NCBI GenBank assembly: GCA_951406725.2
Contig: OX597825.1
Location: 34,906,001 to 34,970,000 of the forward strand
Reading direction: 5' to 3'
Source of the DNA: Octopus vulgaris
Lineage: Eukaryota
DNA length: 64,000 bases
Shown here: piece after piece, positions 54,990 through 64,000 of the stretch
Numbering within the stretch: the first letter of the stretch is position 1
How the letters are laid out: each line of letters starts with the position of its first letter
Translations under genes and position numbers: made by a program
Notes under the pieces: generated by a model
Told to the model about the DNA's origin: nothing
The model's database searches: none
What the model saw: only the letters and a program-made list of their open reading frames with translations

Positions 54990-55350
54990 GAGTCTGCATA
55001 TCTCTCTCAACCCTCACCTTCCTTATCAAATGGAATTTTAAAAAGTCGATGAAGCCTTAGTTGAAAAGGAAAGCATCTGTCTTCATTCCCTTCAGTCTTG
55101 TCAACTGCTTAACTTCTTTTGCTTTAGTCACCAGATGGAGGGAAACTACCTGCCTTTCTGGACCAAAGGAAGTTGATGGGGCAGTCTTCATGATGGTATT
55201 GGTTGATAGCTGAATCCATCCTACATGTGATAGCAGCTGTCCAAGATAACCCCACAAATCAAAAATGCTCGAGCACTGTATGAGCTTGTGCGGGATGGTT
55301 TTGTCACTCTGCCTGCATCATGGACAGATGCAGCTGATGCAGAAATGCTG
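54990..55350 (-). mobile_element. L1/Tx1-like LINE C-terminal remnant with CCHC knuckle
   Basis: CP*CRQSDKTIPHKLIQCSSIFDLWGYLGQLL (CX2CX8HX4C). Confidence 0.6.
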
Positions 55351-55921
55351 AGGATAATGATTTCTTTTATTTACCATGAGCAAGTGAATTTTCGAAAAAC
55401 TGAAGTTCTCTATCAGCTTTCTTGTAACCACCTTCCCCTCTGCTTGTATATACTATTATTTATAGCTTTATTTGCTTCGAGTTCACCATTCCAAAAAAGT
55501 AGATATATATGTGTGAGTGTTTGAATGTGTCTTTGCATTGTTACCCATCATCCCTTGACAACTTGTGTTGGTTTGGTTATGCCTCTATAACTTAGCAGTT
55601 TGGCATAAGAGACTGATACAATAAGTACCAATAACTACAGGGCTTGATTTGTTTGACTTAAACCCTTCAAGGCAGTGCCCCAGCATGGTCACAGTTCTAT
55701 GACTGAAACAAAAAATAAAAGACAAAAGATATATAACAAAATAATGATGCTTTTGCAGTTGTTTGGTTTCAAATGTCTCCTGTCTTTATAGAATCTTTGG
55801 TCAAAGGCCATGTGTACTCTGTCCACGGAGGTCACAGCTTTTATTTTTCAATCATAGTGTAAATGTGGATTACATTATCCAATGTATTTTGTCTTTACTT
55901 TTTAAGATGGTAGGGTGTGAT

Positions 55922-56147
55922 TTAACCCTCTAGCATTCACATTACTCTGTGAAAAGTAATGCTTATTTATTTACATTGTTTTGAATTAATCATGCAGGAT
56001 CATGTAGCTTTGAGATTTTGATGAAGTAACTTAATTTTTAGAGTGATATTATAGGGTTGGTGTAAGAGGCCAGATCTGGCCAACTTGAACATGAAACATA
56101 TAGAATATTTTGGCTGGATATGGACAGTCTAAATACTAAAGGGTTAG
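55922..56147. mobile_element. piggyBac-like MITE, second family; opposite-orientation copy at 4883-5109
   Basis: TTAA-CCCTCTAGCATT...AATACTAAAGGG-TTAG. Confidence 0.65.
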
Positions 56148-56427
56148 TGGAAATTTGGCAGCTCTGTTTCACATGTTGAAAAACCATAACAGCCTTCACA
56201 CTTCTTTATAAGATATATTCAGTTTCATTGGCAATAGTGATCTATCAGTAACTGATGCTCCTACATGCTGTACTGCTACTCAGTTATTAAGAGATCCATC
56301 TTGTTGTAGTGGTGATACTGTTAGACCAGAGCTTGGCAAAGTGGTTGCTATTGACCCTTGAGAGTTTATGTGACTTTCCAAGGGGTCAATAAGCATTAAC
56401 TATTTTGAGTACATCAATATCATAACC

Positions 56428-56663
56428 CAGTGGTTCTCAACAGGGGTCCATATAAGATTTAGTTGTTAAAATTTATCTGCAATAAATTACTTATACTTCT
56501 ACAAGCCACAAAATATGGAAATTTTTTAAATAAAATTCCTAATAATATTTAATTATAAAAATACAGTAGGATTTATTTTTATATACATCTAAAGGCTGTG
56601 AGGGTCCATCTGAGGAAAATTGGAACCAAAAGGGTCGATAGGTAAAAAATAGCTGAAACACTG
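56428..56663. mobile_element. hAT MITE
   Basis: CAGTGGTTCTCAAC...GCTGAAACACTG. Confidence 0.65.
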
Positions 56664-57467
56664 ATGTAACTGAATTTTTATTCTTCTTTTTAAAATTCCA
56701 TTAACATTGCTATGAAATTTATTTAAATATTTATTAAAGATGGTAATGGCACAAAAAAATGAAGAAATTATTATTTTTAAATCAAGAAATTTTAAAATTC
56801 ATTATAGTGCTTGCTGCACTTCTCTACAACAGTGTCACTAGAACATTTATATATGCATCTTGATGTGGTGGTGGCAGAGATGCAACCAAGAGAAACTAGG
56901 ATTAACGATCATTACTGAGTTGATTCAACTGCAGCACTGCACCTGCCCGCAGGAGTGTTTCTCTAATTGTTAACAGATTCACGTTGCTCAGTGCTGATAT
57001 AATGGGATTACTTACAGGTGCTGCACTTGGTGCTACTCTATTATTGCTGATATACACAAAACTGCAGTGTTAATAGGGATGTATCTCTGAATAGATGCAA
57101 TGCCATAGTGCACCTTCTTGCTATGATGCTACTGTGAATAAATAGATTAATCAAAATGCAGTGGTAGTAGCAATTTTATACCGAGCAGATGCAACTAACT
57201 GCTGCACTTGCAGTGGTACTACTCAATCAGTTTCACATGCAGTCAGCTGCAGTGGCAATAATAATACATCATAGATGCAAGCCACTGATGAATCTACTAG
57301 CAAGAGGTGGGGTACCCTATCAGTAATAACTAACATACTATAACTAACAGTAATAACTAGCATACTTGCAGCTGGGGGTTAGTGTTGCACCATAGTGTAG
57401 ATGCACATAAGAGATGCAACAAATTGTTGAACTGTATTGCTGTTCTATTATTTGTTCTCAACTGCCG

Positions 57468-57504
<37 letters not shown>

Positions 57505-59564
57505 AACAATTAGAAGCAAGTGTACCCTTTGCTCTTCCAAGATATACTGCATTGTGAAATAATGCAGCCAGTGGATAGGTAGTATAGAGGTACAATGTTA
57601 ACTACAGGCTAGCACACTGCTATAGTAGTAGTATTGTGGGGTAGTAGTAATGATTATGCTGGTGGTAGTCAGTGTGTAGTGTAGTGGTGGTGCAGTAGTA
57701 GTGTTGTAGTATGTTGTGTTGGTGGTAGTAGTCAGTATGTAGTGGCAGTAGTTTTATGGTAGTAGTTGTGTTGTGGTAGTGTGAAAGGGTAGTAGCAGTA
57801 ATAGTGGGGGTGGTGGTGGTAGTATAAGTGGTAGTATGAATGTACTAGTACCAGGTTAGTGCTGGAAGTGTGGTGGTGGTGGTGATAATAGTATGGTGAT
57901 GATTGTAGTAATGGTAGAAATTTGGTAGTAATAGTGTGATGGTGTTAGTAGTGGTGGTGTTAGTTTGTACTAGTGTGGTGGTGGTGGTGTGATGATAGTT
58001 GTGGTGTTTCTGGATTACATGACAGAAACTGCAGTTACTGCACACTGTTGCAGCTAGTGGTTGCATAGTGGTGCATTATGACCTGCACCTCTGTATCTGC
58101 ATTACGACCTGCACCACTGTATCTGCAGTGTATTGTTGTAGTGGTATGTGGCTTGGTGATGGGCCACCACCACCACCACCACCACCTCCACCACCTAATA
58201 CCACCACTATCATCACCATTACCACAACCATCATCACTACCACCACCATCACTAATACCATCTACTATAACCACCAATACCCCCACCACCTTCAATACCA
58301 CATACTACCACCACTACCACCAATTCCATCTACTACCACCAATACCATCTACTACCACCACCACCTACTATCACCACCACTACCATCACAATATCACAAC
58401 CACCACCACCACCACCTCCAATACAATCTGCTACCATGACCTGCACCATCACCACCACCACCACCACCCACTACTGTTTCTACTGACTGAACACACCTAT
58501 GATGAAGGGCACTCTAGCCATGACCATGCCATTTTTTTCTATATGCAAGGAACCTAGGGTCACATGCATTTTCTAAGATGGTAGGGTATGAGTGCCTATC
58601 TGCATTCCAGATGCCAGGTTTCCAATCTTAGTCTCTGTCTGTTCACAAGACTTCAGTTCCATCAAAGAGACATGCTGTGGAGAAACATGCCTCAATAATA
58701 ATAACAACAGCAACTGGCACCCAAGCTGGTGACATGTAAAAAGCATCATTTATGTGTTGGACCTCATGGAGGCAGTAACAGGTGACAGAGATCTTTGGCA
58801 ATATACTGTGCTTGCGTAAACCTGTCAAACCAGGTGAAATCGTAGTCATGGCTGATGCTGGTGTCATAAAAAGCACCCACTACACAGTTGATGTGAATGG
58901 TGTTAGGAAGGGCATTCAGCCATAGAAAACCTTACCAAATCAGATTGGAACCTGGTGCAGCTTACCAGCTTTTTTCAGTTAAACCCTCTAACCTATACCA
59001 GTATGGAAAGTGGACGTTAGATGATGATAATGATGATGATATATCATACAGACAAGAAAGTAATATTTGGAATGCAGTATAACAGTGAGAAAGATTGAGT
59101 ATCTTACCCTAATATGACAGAAAAGTGGTCAAGCTGTGAAAACAGCAGAAAGATTGGGTATTTTAAAATTATATGATGGAAAAAGTCGCCAGCTGACAAC
59201 TTTTCCATCATATAAGGGTAAAATGCCCAATCTCCTGCTGTTTTCACAGTTTTACTGTGTTCCAATTATTGCTTTGTTGTCTGTCCGATACAACACCCGT
59301 TTGATGTTTCAAAAAACAAAAGTTTGTTTACATATGTTGTTGCAATAATAATAATAATTGTGGCACAAGGTCTGCAATTTTGAGAGGAAGGGTTAAGACA
59401 ATTACATTGACTCTACTACTTGGTTGGTACTTTATTGTATTGACCCCAAATAGCTGAAAGGCAAAGTTGACCTTCATGGGATTTGAACTCAGAACATAAA
59501 GAGCTGGAAGATATGCCACAAAGCATTTTATCTGATGTAGTAATCAACCTTCTATTTTATTGCT

Positions 59565-59614
<50 letters not shown>

Positions 59615-59827
59615 CCTTTCTACTCTAGGCACAAGGCCTGAAATTTTGGGGGAGGGGGCCAACTGATTACATCAACCCCCAGCGTTTCACTGGTACTTAA
59701 TTTACTAACTCCAAAAGGATGAAAGGCAAAGTTCACCGTGACAGAATTTGAACTCAAAATGCAAAGACAGACGAAATACCACTAAGCATTTTGCTCAGTA
59801 TGCTAATGATTCTACCAGCTCGCTGCC

Positions 59828-59860
<33 letters not shown>

Positions 59861-61294
59861 GAAGATAAAACAAAAAAGTGCAGGTCAAGAAGATAAAATG
59901 TGTAGGCCCAAACCATGCATATATGCCACTCAAAAAAAAATGATCCAGATTTTCTGCATGCATCCAGGATGCCATTCCAATTACCTACTTCCACTAAAGA
60001 TTCCAATCACCCACTTGCACATTCCTAGGAAGGCCTCCAGACACATGAAGAAGTCTGGTTGGCTTTCCCCTCTCAGGGCAACCTAAAGGTATGACCTTCA
60101 CTGCTGATCATGCAAGTGTCATTAACTTACCTTCTAGGCTTAGGAAGACATGGAAAAGTGTACACCTTGTTGCTACCAAAAGTGAGTGCAAAAGCTGATG
60201 CCTTGCAAGCTCTGGTTTCACTGATGGCCACCACATCTATATCAAGTGATCTGAGCTCATTGAATTGGCAGCCCTGCTTCCAAGGCGATCTATCAGTCTA
60301 TGTGCATTTAGATAGCCTATTTTGAGTAGGGCCATGTTCAATGATAAGGACAAAAAGAAGCTACCATTACCTCATTTTTGTAGAAGGACCATTGTTCTGT
60401 CCTTTTGGTTAGTTGTAGGTATTTCCACAAGGAATTCTTTATATATATTCTTTTGTTTAAATGCGAGGTTATTACCAGTTCAAATATGCTTGGGGTTTAT
60501 TTCAACCTGAGAGAAACTGCGTTTTGTCATGCAGAAAATTTCTTCCTGTGGATAAATGGTATAAATACAGGATTTTGGTGTTTTTACAGTGAGAAATTTT
60601 TTCCATGATAAGACACAACGAATGGCTTTCTTATGGGTTTGTCTGACATGCTAATGATTCTACCAGCTCGACACCTTAGTAATAATAATGATAACGATAG
60701 TAATAGCCAACATCTTGCATGAGACACTATCAATTCAGCAGAATAGCTTTATTAATAATAATTCTTTCTTGATTGGTCTCAAGGGCTCATATGTACAATA
60801 CAAAATCTATCCATACAAAAGGTCTACAAAACATTTAGAGCCTAGTGGTTAGGGTGCTGCACTCACAATTGTGAGATCATGGTTTCAATTACGTGATCAG
60901 CTGTGTATTGTGTTCTTGAGTAAACCACTTCATTTCATGTTGCTCCTGTTCACTCAGCTGTAAATGGCTAAATTTGTGATGAATTGGCATATAAGGGCGA
61001 AATGGTGACTTTGGAAAATCAGCTGAATGGAGGTCTTGCAAGTCACATTTTGTATTCAGTGATTAAAAGGGTGAATAGTACAACCAGTACTGTGAATCCT
61101 GACTGACTGGGATTAGTTGTTCAACCATGTCAAAGGAGGAAGAACAGTTTTCATCACCTATCTATCATTCTTTAATTGAATGTACTTTCCCCACTATCTT
61201 CTCTAATTTTTCTCTTGGAACATCCGAGTTTCATTATCATTTCTTCTCTCCATTCAATTTCTTATAAAAGTTATTTGTTTCTGTTCTGTTGCAG

Positions 61295-61452
61295 ACACTA
61301 TTCAAGAACGAAGAATTGGATTCCTTGATAAAATTATCAACACACAGTGTATGCCCTATCAGTACATGAATATAGAATCAGTTTGTACAGAACCAACGTT
61401 TGATATCGGTGCCAAAATGTTGTCAGAAATATCTCCTACTACTGTGAAGTGA
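61295..61452 (+). CDS. CTC1: CTC1 last coding exon, (D)TIQERRIGFLDKIINTQCMPYQYMNIESVCTEPTFDIGAKMLSEISPTTVK*
   Basis: Strong ctgttctgttgcag acceptor, phase 1 matches the previous donor, TGA at 61450-61452, AATAAA about 130 nt downstream. Confidence 0.8.
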
Positions 61453-61583
61453 TATCAGTCACATAATCAATTGCTATCCAGTACAAAATACTACAGTGAA
61501 CAGGCTGGGATATTTGTGTTCAGATTTTCACTATATATCTTTTACTCTTTTATTTTTTTTTAACTAATTCTAGTGACAATGAC

Positions 61584-61589
61584 AATAAA
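61584..61589 (+). promoter_or_regulatory. Candidate polyadenylation signal for CTC1
   Basis: First AATAAA after the stop codon. Confidence 0.45.
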
Positions 61590-62269
61590 TCTTTCTACTA
61601 CAGGCACAAGGCCTAAAATTTTGTGGTGAGATATCTGGTTGATTATATTACCCCCACCCTAAAAGGATGAAAGGTAAATCAACTTCAGCTGAATTTGGAC
61701 TCAGAACCATAGGAAATGCCACAAAACATTCCATCTAGCTTGCTAACGCTTCTGCCAGCTTGCTGCCTTAATAATAATAATAATGGTTTCAAATTTTTGG
61801 CACAGGATCAGTAGTTTTTGAGGGAGAAGTGATAGTCAATTACATCAACCTCCCCCCAAATTTCAGGCCTTGTTCCTAATGTAGAAAGGTTTCATTATTA
61901 TTACCTCTGTCAAGGAAGGAAGTTATGTTTTCATCGGCGTTGGTTTGTCCGTCTGTCCATCTGTGCGCAAAATAACTCAAAAAGTTATGAACAATATTTG
62001 ATGAAACTTGTAGGAAAAGTTGGTAATGACACAAGGAACAGATGATGAAATTTTGGTAGTGATCTGGGAATTTTTATGGATTCTTGAAGGATTTTTCATT
62101 TGTTATATTTACTTTACATGAAGCATTACAATGTTACGTTCTTTAATTATTTCCCTTAAAAGCACATCCATCGTTTCCATATAACCTATGGTGGCGTTGA
62201 GCCTGAATTTGTGTTTGTAGACTGAAAATGTAATGCTGTTCCAGGCAGAGTCATGAGTGTGTGGATCTG

Positions 62270-62597
62270 TGGTGCGGGGCGAGGCCAAAGATGGAGATAT
62301 TAGAGGGGAAGTGGTTGGCCAAGTGGAAATGATGGGTGACGGGGGGTGTTCATGCGTAGCTGAACATCTCCTAGATGTTCAGTGAACCGGTCGGCCAGCT
62401 GGTGGCCTGTCTGACCTACATAGAGTTTATTACAGAGATTACATCTAATGCAATAGATAAGGCTTGAAGAGATGCAGGAGAAGGAGTTTCTAATGTGGAG
62501 GGTGTGCTGGTTGGATCCTGTGAAAGAGGTGGTGTTGGTGATGAAAAGGCAAGTGTGGCAGCGAGATCCTGGTGGGGCTGGGGGAAAGAGGAGAAGG
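62270..62597 (-). mobile_element. Penelope-like element remnant (GIY-YIG endonuclease)
   Basis: ORF 62300..62713 contains IRNSFSCISSSLIYCIRCNLCNKLYVGQTGHQLADRFTEHL. Confidence 0.88.
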
Positions 62598-62618
62598 TAT
62601 GTATTTATGTATGTGTGT

Positions 62619-62670
<52 letters not shown>

Positions 62671-63025
62671 ATTTAAGGATAAGAGAAATTATAGAAGGAA
62701 CACATCCAAGCAATCAATACAAAATCCAAAGCATAATTTAAAGTGCACAACAAATAAATATACATATAAGTTTATATAAATAAGTGAATAAAAATATGTG
62801 TAAAAGTTATATGTAAAAACTATACATCATGTACGTTGGGTTCAGGTACCGAATAGAGAAGTGACAAACAAAGAGAGAAAAATCCAGAGTAAGGGCTTCC
62901 AAAAGGAACGGTTCCAATCAATTAAGAATTTGATGTTTATATTAATTGTCGGATGAGAGTTCAAAATTTAAAAATTCAGGGGTAAATAAATTTGGTAAAA
63001 ATATACAAATTCGGGTAAAGGATAT

Positions 63026-63120
63026 CATCTACGGCTGTTTCAGGAGTACATTAAATGTATAAATGGTGTTTTAAGTATTTCATATACAGAAACATAATGT
63101 CCCCCCTGCTCATCAAGATG
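63026..63120 (-). ncRNA. Type I hammerhead ribozyme (family C, left arm)
   Basis: cauc UUGAUGA ... GAAAC AGCC GUA gaug. Stem I is perfect; core C3 is U. Confidence 0.65.
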
Positions 63121-63182
63121 GTTTCCTTCGTGATGAAATCCTACATAATAGTAATTTGATAGATTAAAAAAATGAAAGAAAC

Positions 63183-63273
63183 TATTCTGATGAGGGGGAC
63201 ATTATGTTTCTGTATATGGAATACTTAAAACACCATTTATACATTTAATGTACCCTTGAAACGGCTGTAGATG
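63183..63273 (+). ncRNA. Type I hammerhead ribozyme with intact core (family C, right arm)
   Basis: uauu CUGAUGA ggggg-acauua...uaaugu-a-cccuu GAAAC GGCU GUA gaug. Confidence 0.75.
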
Positions 63274-63730
63274 ATATCCTTGACCCGAATTTGTATATTT
63301 TTACCAAATTTATTTACCCCTGAATTTTAAAGTTTTGAACTCTCATCCGACAATTAATATAAATATCAAATTCTTAATCAATTGGAACCGTTCTTTTTGG
63401 AAGCCCTGATCTTGGATTTTCTCTCTTTGTTTGTCGCTTCTCCATTCGGTACCTAAACCCAACATACATGATGCATAGTTTTTACATATAACTTTTACAT
63501 GTAATTTTATTCACTTATTTATATAAACCTATATATATATATTTATTTGTTGTGCACTTTAAATAATGTTTTGGAATTTGTATTGATTGTCTGGATGTGT
63601 TCCTTCTATAATTTTCCTTATCCTTTGATTTAGCTCGCAATGAACACTTCTTAATACAGTCCATATATTGTGAAGTATACTTAAAAACATACTTTATAAG
63701 AAAATTTAACTTTATATATTTATTTATGTA

Positions 63731-63763
<33 letters not shown>

Positions 63764-63765
63764 GC

Positions 63766-64000
63766 ACTAACTGAATAGCCCGTCGTTGCCGGGTAATTTT
63801 TTACAATAGAATATCTTAGCTCTTACAACTTTGGTTGTCATAATGCTTTGCTTTCATTTGTTTAATAAAAATTCCACATTGTAATAATTTTGTTTTGATT
63901 TTGTGTAGACATTTATCATGCAGAAAATATCAGCTTCCAAATCCTTTTTTCTGATTAGGTAAAATTGATTAAACCTTAAACCTCAGTAACATTTTTCTGC
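63766..64000 (-). mobile_element. Helitron 3' end (runs off window)
   Basis: Minus strand cccggcaacgacggg hairpin about 8 nt before TTAG-t (CTAG-like terminus). Confidence 0.6.

Larger units (their letters stand above)
62675..63625. repeat. Long inverted repeat (arms about 450 bp, spacer about 50 bp)
   Basis: aaggataag...aacataatgtccccc is the reverse complement of gggggacattatgtt...cttatcctt, at high identity by eye. Confidence 0.95.

Noticed and set aside
41220-63625. Functional link between Penelope elements (RT related to telomerase) and the telomere gene CTC1
   Set aside because: Nothing in the sequence supports it; such remnants are probably common genome-wide. No TTAGGG arrays were seen.

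Overview
AT-rich, repeat-dense eukaryotic genomic DNA. The microsatellites and SINE/RTE families look like an octopod cephalopod (Octopus); this is an inference. One host gene spans the window on the + strand: 16 GT-AG exons from 3414 to 61452 that splice in consistent phase into about 940 codons. They match the middle and C-terminal part of CTC1, the large OB-fold subunit of the CST telomere complex; the 5' exons were not found and probably lie upstream. Almost all ORFs in the supplied track are microsatellite read-through. The introns hold tRNA-derived SINEs, RTE, CR1/Jockey-like and L1/Tx1-like LINE remnants, Penelope-like (GIY-YIG) remnants, Tc1/mariner, pogo, hAT and piggyBac-like MITEs, and Helitron/Helentron pieces. 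The most striking unannotated structure is a set of type I hammerhead ribozyme motifs from at least three unrelated repeat families. They share CUGANGA, an unusually long stem II, and GAAAC-tetraloop-GUA with a palindromic or near-palindromic stem III. Two families form fold-backs with divergent hammerheads (about 10.76-11.15 kb and 62.68-63.63 kb), and the copy at 63183-63273 has an intact core. A degenerate HDV-like fold sits upstream of an RTE element.
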